Positions 56,036 to 64,000 of a stretch of 64,000 nt of DNA are shown here, in pieces; position 1 is the stretch's first letter, and each line of letters begins with the position of its first letter. Position numbers and translations under genes: made by a program. The notes beneath the pieces are model-generated. The model saw only the letters and a program-made list of their open reading frames with translations, searched no databases and had not been told where the DNA came from. The stretch lies in NCBI GenBank assembly GCA_049968255.1, contig JBMFRB010000002.1, forward strand, positions 32,001 to 96,000, read 5' to 3'. Source of the stretch: Candidatus Sumerlaeaceae bacterium. GTDB taxonomy: Bacteria; Sumerlaeota; Sumerlaeia; Sumerlaeales; Sumerlaeaceae.

Positions 56036-58179
56036 TAAGCGCGGTGCCACCTCAAGGTGAGTTCCTCGTCTGCTTCACCGAGAGGTATGCGAATCAATGC
56101 GCGTGTGCCACCCGCCGGCGTCGAGGAGAACTGGAGCGTCGCACCATGTTCTCGAAAGATCGCATTGGCAACGGGTATTCCCAGTCCAAGCGCGTTTCGT
56201 TCGGAGTGCGTCGTGTAGTAGGGCTCGTAGATGCGTGCGATTTCAGACGGTTGCATGCCATGACCATTGTCTTCAATGACCAACTCAACGAGCAGTCCTT
56301 CGCGGCGAGCACTGAAGCGCAAGTGTCCTCCCTCCGGCATGGCTTCCACGGAATTGGCTAGCAGTTCGGTCAAAGCGTAAAGGAATAATTCTTCGTCCAC
56401 AAAAACCTCGATCTCGTCGGGAATCGTGTTTTCGACGGTGATTGACGGGCTCACCGAGGATTTGCGGTTGTCGGCATCGTGCGCAAGTGCGAAAGCTCGG
56501 CGCAGCAAGACAGCTAAAGGTTGGGAAGTGTGCCTCGGATGTTCCAGATGCTCGCTTAGTTGCACTAATTTCTGACGCAGTGCTTCACAACGCGAAGCCC
56601 TAGACTCCGGCGCAAGATATCCGGTGTTTTTGAGGTCTTCCTGCTGCTCAACCACCCAAGAGAGTTCATCGAGAATCATTTTAGCCAGTTCCCCCAACGT
56701 GGCCAGGCGTTCACGCTGGCGCAGACGTCGTCTCATTTGCCCAACTTCCATGCGCATCTTTGCTAGGTCGCGCTCGAACGTTGTCCAATAGAGAACAAGA
56801 CGTAGCGTTTCACCCAACATCAGATCGCTTGTTGAGCGGTCGATGTAAAAGTCCGCGTCCTTTATTGGCGAGCTTGTGCCAGGCACGCCATTGCTTTCGA
56901 TCACGCGGCCGACAGCAACGCGATGCTTGTGAAGGCGAGCGGTCAGTTGACGAACAAAATCCGGGCTTGCCAGATCCTCGGCACGGTCCACGAGTGCAAC
57001 GTCCGGTTCAAGAGCTTCTAGGGCCCCAAAGAACTCCTGAGACTTTTCGAAAACAAGCAGGATATACTTGTTGCGATTTGCCAGCTGTGCGACGCGTTGG
57101 ACAAAACTATTGTCCGTCGAACACAGTGCGATAACCGGCTCCGCATGTTTTAGCGGGCTCTGCTTGTGCCCGAAAGGCTCGAAATCCAACATCGACAGAT
57201 GCGCGTGCGCACTGGCCACGCGGTTCCTGCCGTTTTCTTTGGCGAAGTACAAGGCTCGATCACTCAATTGCAAAAGGTGTTCAGCCCCTCTGCCCATCTC
57301 TGCGCTTGTGGACGCAAGACCGATGCTTACGGTCACAAGGACCTGAAAATCACCCCTACGAAATGAGCGCTCTTCCACGGCTAGGCGGATTTTTTCAGCA
57401 AGCCGCAACGCCCCTTCCTCATCGGTCGCGGGCAGCACGAAGAGAAATTCCTCGCCGCCATAACGCCCGACGATATCCGTGGCTCGGACCTGATTCCTCA
57501 GGAGAACAGCAAGCTCTTTCAAAACCCAGTCGCCAAAGCGATGTCCGTACGTATCATTCAACGCCTTGAAGTGATCAATGTCGAGCATCAGGCAGCTCAA
57601 AGGCGATTTGCTTCGGCTTGCGCGCTGGTATTCGTTGTCCAGCGCCTTTAAGACGGTCCCGTGGTTAAAAAGCCCGGTCAGGGGGTCGCGCGCGCTCGCT
57701 TGGGCAAGATTCTTGCACGACTGTGCCAGAGAGTGCATTTTCTCCGAACGCAGCAGCAGATTAGCCATTACGGCACCGCTGAGCGGCGAAGGTGGACCGC
57801 AAAAAATGTAGTCTAGGGTTCCGTCGGCGAGCATGTATGTTGGCAACAGAGATATTGGCTCTGGACACCACAGACAAATGGGAAGATGCGCAGAAGACGC
57901 ACGAAGACGCGCGATGAGAAATGATATCCGCTTCGCACACGCTTGGTCCCAAGCGAGGAGCGCAATTTTGCGCCCTGGAGCTGTTTGCACAGTCTCAAGG
58001 ATAGCCTTAGGACGTTGCGTCTTCAGATTGTAGGTGTATGGAAGAAAAGCTTCAAATGCCTGGCAAATTGGCGCGGGAACCCCGAAACAATACACGATAC
58101 CTTCCACTTGCGCAAAATGCGCCGTGGTCTCGTCATGCGCTCGGGAAAATTTAATCAAATGCTCATGCCCTCCTGTCAT
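56035..58179 (-). CDS. Diguanylate cyclase (GGEEF) with degenerate receiver-like domains and C-terminal HATPase_c
   Basis: D.LTGL.N, DIDHFK.LND.YGH..GD, RATD I-site and RYGGEEF; C-terminal N box (NS.EAM), DNGHGM, EPYYTT and GLG. Confidence 0.88.
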   Translation of the reverse strand: MTGGHEHLIKFSRAHDETTAHFAQVEGIVYCFGVPAPICQAFEAFLPYTYNLKTQRPKAILETVQTAPGRKIALLAWDQACAKRISFLIARLRASSAHLPICLWCPEPISLLPTYMLADGTLDYIFCGPPSPLSGAVMANLLLRSEKMHSLAQSCKNLAQASARDPLTGLFNHGTVLKALDNEYQRASRSKSPLSCLMLDIDHFKALNDTYGHRFGDWVLKELAVLLRNQVRATDIVGRYGGEEFLFVLPATDEEGALRLAEKIRLAVEERSFRRGDFQVLVTVSIGLASTSAEMGRGAEHLLQLSDRALYFAKENGRNRVASAHAHLSMLDFEPFGHKQSPLKHAEPVIALCSTDNSFVQRVAQLANRNKYILLVFEKSQEFFGALEALEPDVALVDRAEDLASPDFVRQLTARLHKHRVAVGRVIESNGVPGTSSPIKDADFYIDRSTSDLMLGETLRLVLYWTTFERDLAKMRMEVGQMRRRLRQRERLATLGELAKMILDELSWVVEQQEDLKNTGYLAPESRASRCEALRQKLVQLSEHLEHPRHTSQPLAVLLRRAFALAHDADNRKSSVSPSITVENTIPDEIEVFVDEELFLYALTELLANSVEAMPEGGHLRFSARREGLLVELVIEDNGHGMQPSEIARIYEPYYTTHSERNALGLGIPVANAIFREHGATLQFSSTPAGGTRALIRIPLGEADEELTLRWHRA

Positions 58180-58284
58180 AAGTTTACCGCAACGCTGCGG
58201 ATTTCTCTATCGCAATCCGCACACGAGCGCATTATTTTCACTCGCGAGCTAATGAGCTAAGAAAGAAGTCACAAAGCGAAGAAG

Positions 58285-59253
58285 ATGGTGAACACGAGTT
58301 TCTTGGCAACGTTTGGGGCGGTAAGCGGAGTTTTTGCGCTGGGGGCTTGCGGATTTTTAGCTCGTCGCCGGGCTGTGATCACTCATCAGGGACTATCGGA
58401 ATTGTCACGCCTCTTGGTCGACTTTCTGCTGCCCGCCACGCTCTTCAATTCTATGTACTCCCAATTTGACCCACGGCGGCTCGATCAAGTTTTGCAGCCG
58501 GCGTTCGCGCAGGTCATTTTGCTCATCACGGGCACTCTTGCCATGGCCTCGTATGCACGCCTAGCGCGTTTGCGCTCGCCGCGCGGCACAGTTATCGCCT
58601 TGGCGTCTTTTCAAAACAATGTCTATCTTCCCCTTCCCATCGCGATTGCGCTCTTGCCTCATCAGGATGCAGTGCGGGCGCAATTCTATATTGGATGCTT
58701 CGTGCTCTTTTTCACCCCAACACTTTGGTCGGTTGGAGTACTTTTGCTCAGCGATCGAGCTCACCGTCATCGCCAGATCTCACGATGGCGCTTGGTCCTC
58801 AACCCGCCATTCGTGGCTGCGTTGTCGGGTTTGACTGTGAAGCTGATACTCGATGCTGTGGGCGGCACAATGCCCTCGCCCGTTGCGAATTTCCTGACGC
58901 TCATGGGAAACGGCACAGTGCCTATCGCTATGATTGTTCTGGGGGCGCTTATTGCCGAGGTCGGGTCAGTGAGAGAGGTTGAAACCAAAGCAATTTACGG
59001 GATTGCGCTCATCAAGATGTTTCTTCTGCCTCTCGGCGCCTTTGTCTTCCTCTACTTCTGGCGTGGGGGCGATCCCGTGTTTCGGGTCGTGCTGATGCTC
59101 GAAGCAGCTGCTCCGCCCGCTACTAACATTTCGCTCATTGTGCGCCGTTTTGGGGGAGAGACGGCGCTTGTCGCTTCCACGACATTCATCACCTACTTAT
59201 TGAGTGCGCTAAGTATCCCCCTGTGGCTCACCCTCTATTCACTTCTGAACTGA
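58285..59253 (+). CDS. AEC (auxin efflux carrier) family transporter
   Basis: About 10 TM segments; LPA.LF, F.N...LP.P, NPP, P..M..LG and A.P.A motifs. Confidence 0.88.
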   Translation: MVNTSFLATFGAVSGVFALGACGFLARRRAVITHQGLSELSRLLVDFLLPATLFNSMYSQFDPRRLDQVLQPAFAQVILLITGTLAMASYARLARLRSPRGTVIALASFQNNVYLPLPIAIALLPHQDAVRAQFYIGCFVLFFTPTLWSVGVLLLSDRAHRHRQISRWRLVLNPPFVAALSGLTVKLILDAVGGTMPSPVANFLTLMGNGTVPIAMIVLGALIAEVGSVREVETKAIYGIALIKMFLLPLGAFVFLYFWRGGDPVFRVVLMLEAAAPPATNISLIVRRFGGETALVASTTFITYLLSALSIPLWLTLYSLLN

Positions 59254-59296
59254 GTGTACTGAAGACGCGTACCTTGCGCGTCATTTATCCGTTAGG

Positions 59297-59824
59297 TCAT
59301 CGGCCTGGGGACTGTTCCTCGTAATCATCCTCTTCTTCGTAATAGAACTCTTCGTAGTCTTCACCTGCAATAAGCTTGTCCAATGAAAACGAGCCTGCGC
59401 CAGAGAAGAAGAGTCCAAGGGCGATGAGGATGAGAACGAGATGATATTCGAAGCCAGGGGCGGGGACGCCATCAATTGTGTGGTCAATCCAGAAGCCGTT
59501 CTTGCCACTCACGAAAATGATTGTCCACGCCAGGTCGAGAATCAGTGGCACCATCGCAACGCGGACAAGGAGGCCAAGTATGCAACTCACTGCCGCAACG
59601 ACTTCAGTCCAAGCTATGGCTTGGGCCAGTGTGAGCTTCCAGGTCTCGGGGATCCAGGGAATCGCGAAAAGAGAAAGAAACTGACTTGCCCAGACTTCCG
59701 GGCCAGCCCAGCCGAGGGGCTCCAGGCGCACGAGCTTGTCCAGACCATGCGGCAAAAACACCGATGCCAAAGCGATGCGACAAAACCACGCTGCACTATT
59801 GCGATGAGTTCGCAGTATGGCCAT
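59297..59824 (-). CDS. DoxX family membrane protein with acidic C-terminal tail
   Basis: R..LA..F..HG..K, G...R, G.EY and GAG..SLD motifs; AGGAG SD. Confidence 0.9.
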   Translation of the reverse strand: MAILRTHRNSAAWFCRIALASVFLPHGLDKLVRLEPLGWAGPEVWASQFLSLFAIPWIPETWKLTLAQAIAWTEVVAAVSCILGLLVRVAMVPLILDLAWTIIFVSGKNGFWIDHTIDGVPAPGFEYHLVLILIALGLFFSGAGSFSLDKLIAGEDYEEFYYEEEDDYEEQSPGR

Positions 59825-59930
59825 AGATGGCCACTCCTCTTACAGCACAAGAGATTTGTTTATCTTCTTGAAATGCGTAACCTAAGCAACAGCGAGCATG
59901 AGCAACGCGCAAGCCAGAAAAAACATTTCC

Positions 59931-61259
59931 TCAGTTCAACGAATTTTGGCGATGACGCTCGAGACCAGGAAGCCGCAGTGCCAAGAAGAAAGCGAGGCAT
60001 GCGCACAGACTGCTCAATAAGTAAAGATTGCGCAGTGGTGAAGCAAATTCTGATGGAACAAAGTGTTCTACGTGTCGTTGGATGACATGAGCGAGCACTC
60101 CGCCTTTTACAATCAGCCCCCCCAGGACATTGCTGAGGAAGTTGGCGAGACCAAAATAAACGAGAGCAAAAAGAGTTTGAGCACTAGCCTTGAGGTGGCG
60201 CGGCGCATGGCTGTTGGCATAGCTCACCCCTGCGGCATAGAAAAGTCCAAAAGTAATGCAGTGTAGCAAAGACGTTAGCACAACAGCTTCAGCACTCTTT
60301 GCCTGCCACACCAGTAGCCACCGCACAGACTGGACCGCGGCGGAAAAGGCAATGAGTTTCGTCTCGCCAAATCGGGCAATGAAACGGCTGGCGAGGAAAA
60401 AAACAGGAAGTTCAAACATTGCCGCAAGCGAATACGAGGCGGAAATGACCCGCATGTCCGCGCCCAGCTCGACTATGAGGAATGATTGAAAAGAATAGCT
60501 CAATGAGTGGGCAATTTGATACACGCATGTTGTAAGGAGAAACCAACGCAATGTTGGTTGGCTCAGGAAGTAACGTTGAACCCGCCAAAAACCAATTTGA
60601 TGGTCAGCAGGGGCAGTTGCCTCCGGAAGGGATAAGAGCCACAGAGCCGCAATAACATTCACGGCACAATAGAAAGGGAAAATAAACTGCAGATTCCCGT
60701 TTGTCCATTTGTCTGCCACGATTCCCACAATCGTGTTGGCAATAATAAAACCGAGCGAAGCATAGGCCCGTACTGTGCCAAACCACCGCTCACTTCCTTT
60801 GTGCACGAAAAGCAGGCCATGCAGCAGTTGTACGTTTGGAGTGCTGAAAATCTGAAACGCGAAGAAAACGGCAAGAAGGAGACTCAAATCTTGCACTGTG
60901 CCCAGCATCCAGAAAAGCAGAGCAGAGATAAGGATGTTAGCGAAGAGGATGGCTTTCTTTGGGAAAAGGACATCGGCTACATAGCCCCAAGGTTGTTGGA
61001 AGAAGAGGATGGTCAGGCCGGACAGTGCTGTGAAAAAAGAGATCGTGCTGTCGTCGAGCCGCAAAGTGTTGCGCAGAAAAATCATAAAAAACGGAAACAA
61101 AATCCCAACTGGTGCATGGGAGAGAAAAAACATCATCCGAAAACGGCGTGCTGCTGGCAGTGAGGAATTCAACGCGTTGAGCTCCTGAAAAGAAAAGGCA
61201 CGTTTTGGTGAAACATGATCGGTAGTCCCTACCTCTGGCATGTGTCGAAACACGAACAA
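59931..61259 (-). CDS. MFS transporter (HcaT/nucleoside:H+ symporter-like)
   Basis: 12 TM segments; WG..AD, FG.VR...SLGF, E.P.F, LH..TFG and AQ motifs; true start may be downstream. Confidence 0.87.
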   Translation of the reverse strand: MFVFRHMPEVGTTDHVSPKRAFSFQELNALNSSLPAARRFRMMFFLSHAPVGILFPFFMIFLRNTLRLDDSTISFFTALSGLTILFFQQPWGYVADVLFPKKAILFANILISALLFWMLGTVQDLSLLLAVFFAFQIFSTPNVQLLHGLLFVHKGSERWFGTVRAYASLGFIIANTIVGIVADKWTNGNLQFIFPFYCAVNVIAALWLLSLPEATAPADHQIGFWRVQRYFLSQPTLRWFLLTTCVYQIAHSLSYSFQSFLIVELGADMRVISASYSLAAMFELPVFFLASRFIARFGETKLIAFSAAVQSVRWLLVWQAKSAEAVVLTSLLHCITFGLFYAAGVSYANSHAPRHLKASAQTLFALVYFGLANFLSNVLGGLIVKGGVLAHVIQRHVEHFVPSEFASPLRNLYLLSSLCACLAFFLALRLPGLERHRQNSLN

Positions 61260-61484
61260 GCTCGCAATGTGAGCTGTTCGAAAAATCTACAAGGTTTATT
61301 CGCATGGCGAAGCGCAATGAGCATAGTAAGGTTGCGAACTGCTGCTAAAACTGTGTTTAGTCTAGCCAGAAAAGTGGTTGACCATCGAGCGGCATTGTGA
61401 TTGCCTCGACGTGTGATCGAGCGACTCATAGGCTGACTCAGTGCCAGAGAGTCCTACACTTGGATAAACGATGAGGTAGCAGCC

Positions 61485-63545
61485 ATGAAAACGGCGGGAA
61501 AAATCGAACTCCTTATAGGGGCCGCAATCAGTGTGGCAACAGTATTTGCTACCGGGCAGTATTCGCCAACTTCGCCAGGGACGGAGGGAGGGAACATCCC
61601 AGAGAAATTGCGGCAGACGATCGAGCAGCGAAGAAACCGCAGCGAAGCGCAGGTCACGCCACCGGGCCGGTCAAGCGAATCCCCGCAGATTCAGCAAGGT
61701 GGCCCTCGGTATCGGGCTGGAGATGAGTCGAGGAATGTAGAGAGTACCTCCCAGTGGCGCCGGAACGCGGAAAGCGGGTTGCGCTCACAAGGTCAAGCTG
61801 GCAGTGGCGAATCTCCGGCTGGCAGTGGAACGCCGGCCATTTTGCGGGAGCGGAAACGCGACCTTAGAGGCCCAAATCTCCCCACGGAATTGGGGCAGAG
61901 CGTGGGGGAAAGGCAGCAAAGTGAATCAAAGAAATCCCAGTTGCGCGAACGCTTGCGTTCCACTGGACCTACGGAGGGACAATCTGGAGAAACCCCGGAG
62001 AGCGTGCCTCAGGGAACAGCGAATATACGGGGAATCGAGAAAAAAGATATCCGGCGTGGCCGAGTGGAGTCGACACCGGCGTCTGGCGCTTCTCAAGGAT
62101 CACTTGTTGACGAGAAACGCCAACAGCTTCGTCAGCGGCTAGAACAGTTACACAAACAAGGCGAACAATCAGAGAAGCAGGCAACGGATGCCACGCCATC
62201 TGCTGGAACAGGCGGACGTACCGGGCGCCTTTCCGCTGAAGAATTGCGTAAAAAGCTCGAGGAAAAGCGAAAAGGTCAGTTGGGCCAGGGAGAGCAAATG
62301 CAGGGCACTCCCACACCTTCCGACGGCCAGCAGCAGGGACGCCTTTCGCGCGAAGAGCTCAAGCGCAAACTCGACGAGCAACGACGCGCACAGAAAGATC
62401 AGCAGCAGAGCGGGCAGCAAGGGACGCAGGCAGGGGCAGGTCAACAGCAGGGCGAACAGGGGACAAAACAGCTTGGCGAGCGGGGGCAACGGCTCACGCG
62501 TGACGAGCTGCGCCAACGACTTGAAGAGCTCCGCCAAAAGAAGACTGGTCAACAAACTCCCGCCACGGGAGAGCAAGAAAAAACCTCTGCGCTCGAAGAG
62601 CGTCGGCAGAAGCTCGAACAACTCCGTCAGAAGGCTGAAGAAAAGCGCAAGGGAGATTTGCGCGCGCAGCTCAAGCCAGAGGACCGGGAAAAACTGCGTG
62701 CACTTTATGAGCAGTCGAAAGGCAAAAGTCTTCGCGAACTTGCGCAGCAATTGCGTTCAGAGCAAGATCCCCAGAAAGGTGGTGTGGATCGCAAAGTCCT
62801 CGCTGCGAAATTGCAGGAACTTCGGCGATTCCAGGGAGAAGAGCGTGCAAAGCTCATTGGGGCTAACCTCGAAGAGCGAAAGGGTCAGTTAGACAGCAGT
62901 AGGGTTGCACGCCAGCAGTTCAGAGCAGAGGACATCCGCAAACGTTTTGGGGATGTCCAGGCGAAGCCACGGATCGAGCTGGCCAAGCAGGATTTGGAGC
63001 GCCTGAATCGCGGCGAAATCTTACCGTATTTACGCCCGCACGGTACTCATGGGTTAGTTTACCGCCCGCTGGAGCACGAGTGGCGTTATCGTCATGAACG
63101 CTGGTTCTGCCCGCCGCCGCCTCACCGTCGGGGATACGGGATTGACCTGGTCGGTTTCCACTGGGATTATTGGGACGGGCGCTATCGCTACGACCATCAT
63201 TGGGCTATCAACATCTTCATCAACATAGGACATCACCGCTATGATGGCTTCGACGGCGTGATTGTCGGTGGGCGTTACTTCTGCTACGGCTGGGGCTGGA
63301 TTGACGGCTGCATTGACTACGGCGATTGCCGTGTTTGGGTGCCAGGCTTCTGGGCTCCTTACACAGTGACCGAGTGCTGCGACTGTGAAGTGTGGGTGCC
63401 CCCGGTTTACGACTGGGTGTGGACAGGATGTTGCTGGGAGCAGGTTCTGGTGAGTGGCGGCTATTTTGTGCGTCAGCCGAGCGGCTGCCACACTGTGACG
63501 CGGTGGCGCTGGGTGCCAGGACATTTCGAATACTATCGGTGCTAG
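61485..63545 (+). CDS. Large putative secreted protein: Q/E/R/G-rich helical-repeat region plus Trp/Tyr/Cys-rich C-terminal domain
   Basis: GAGG SD, hydrophobic N-terminus, 686-aa open frame with internal repeats, WVPG/WVPP motifs, and a downstream terminator. Confidence 0.85.
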   Translation: MKTAGKIELLIGAAISVATVFATGQYSPTSPGTEGGNIPEKLRQTIEQRRNRSEAQVTPPGRSSESPQIQQGGPRYRAGDESRNVESTSQWRRNAESGLRSQGQAGSGESPAGSGTPAILRERKRDLRGPNLPTELGQSVGERQQSESKKSQLRERLRSTGPTEGQSGETPESVPQGTANIRGIEKKDIRRGRVESTPASGASQGSLVDEKRQQLRQRLEQLHKQGEQSEKQATDATPSAGTGGRTGRLSAEELRKKLEEKRKGQLGQGEQMQGTPTPSDGQQQGRLSREELKRKLDEQRRAQKDQQQSGQQGTQAGAGQQQGEQGTKQLGERGQRLTRDELRQRLEELRQKKTGQQTPATGEQEKTSALEERRQKLEQLRQKAEEKRKGDLRAQLKPEDREKLRALYEQSKGKSLRELAQQLRSEQDPQKGGVDRKVLAAKLQELRRFQGEERAKLIGANLEERKGQLDSSRVARQQFRAEDIRKRFGDVQAKPRIELAKQDLERLNRGEILPYLRPHGTHGLVYRPLEHEWRYRHERWFCPPPPHRRGYGIDLVGFHWDYWDGRYRYDHHWAINIFINIGHHRYDGFDGVIVGGRYFCYGWGWIDGCIDYGDCRVWVPGFWAPYTVTECCDCEVWVPPVYDWVWTGCCWEQVLVSGGYFVRQPSGCHTVTRWRWVPGHFEYYRC

Positions 63546-63599
63546 GCGCAGCGAGCACCTAAAGAACTGCCACTCTTTCTCAGTCTCAGGTCGTTTTAC

Positions 63600-63642
63600 C
63601 CGCCGACGAGTTGGCCAATGAGCCCGTCGGCGGTTTCGTTTT
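63600..63642 (+). terminator. Probable rho-independent terminator
   Basis: 9-bp stem CCGCCGACG/CGTCGGCGG followed by TTTCGTTTT. Confidence 0.65.
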
Positions 63643-63740
63643 GACATGGGAAGGTAAGTCTCGTTGCTTTGCATAGAAGGGTAGTGAAACCGTCTCAACG
63701 CAGACATCCTTTGGATAAAAATGCTGGAGCGCTAGGGGCG

Positions 63741-64000
63741 ATGAAACTGTATCGAGAAATGCGTGGCGTGATTTTTTCCCTCGCGGTGCTGACCGGCAAC
63801 GGTGCGATGATGGTCCACGCTGCGCCGGATTCTTTGCTGCCGCATTCCTTGAGCAATGTAGCGCAAGTTGCGGCTGCGCGCACGTCTTCCGAGAGTTTTT
63901 CTTCACCCACGCTTGAAATGGCTTTGCAGATGTGGCGAATGTTCGTTTCGCGCGAGGCAGCTCGACTGGCGGCGCGCTGTGACGACTATCAGGAAGATCT
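63741..64000 (+). CDS. Putative exported protein, 3'-truncated by the window edge
   Basis: AGGGG SD before ATG 63741; open frame MKLYREMRGVIFSLAVLTGNGAMMVHAAPD... runs to the window end; not in the supplied track. Confidence 0.55.
   Translation, partial: MKLYREMRGVIFSLAVLTGNGAMMVHAAPDSLLPHSLSNVAQVAAARTSSESFSSPTLEMALQMWRMFVSREAARLAARCDDYQED

Noticed and set aside
61432-61446. Sigma-54 promoter on the minus strand (TGGCAC-N5-CAGC)
   Set aside because: The -12 element is poor; a GG-N10-GC match of this quality is expected by chance.
62100-62700. CRISPR array or DNA tandem repeat
   Set aside because: The repetition is at protein level only; there are no identical nucleotide repeats with spacers.
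767-63910. Numerous long antisense or alternate-frame ORFs (e.g. 767-1372, 14138-14821, 40846-41463, 42944-43606, 54531-55163, 62188-62892, 63054-63707)
   Set aside because: They lie over well-supported genes and show no motifs; typical shadow ORFs of GC-rich DNA.

Overview
A 64-kb, moderately GC-rich, gene-dense bacterial chromosomal segment, mostly core genome. It has about 60 CDS and a tmRNA (ssrA, 16854-17214, tag (A)ADQELALAA). I found no CRISPR array, rRNA, tRNA, integrase or transposase. Housekeeping genes: korAB-type 2-oxoacid:ferredoxin oxidoreductase, yebC, ribE-ribBA, psd-pssA, mltG, dgt, aspC, glnE, sdhC, scpAB, nadD, a polyprenyl synthase, rluB, deoC, lysS, zapA/zapB-like, recR, carD, rsfS and yqeK. 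There are also several glycosyltransferases, transporters and sigma-54 activators. The lineage cannot be established from this window; my unverified guess is a deep-branching diderm such as Ca. Sumerlaeota/BRC1. Most notable observations: (1) a secreted GspG pseudopilin head domain without a prepilin (class III) signal, fused to an Ig-like domain and ending in a candidate C-terminal sorting motif, DWMLYD; (2) a DeoC with an N-terminal microcompartment encapsulation-peptide-like helix and no shell genes nearby; (3) a cyanobacterial-type BioU biotin 'suicide' enzyme with no other bio genes; (4) luxC and luxE homologues bracketing rib and phospholipid genes, with no luxAB/D; (5) a diguanylate cyclase fused to a His-less kinase module; (6) a 686-aa secreted protein with helical repeats and a Trp/Cys-rich tail; (7) a 14-bp tandem repeat closely resembling part of the yeast FRT site; (8) a decaying D-aminoacylase pseudogene. 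All family assignments come from motif recognition by eye; no database searches were run.
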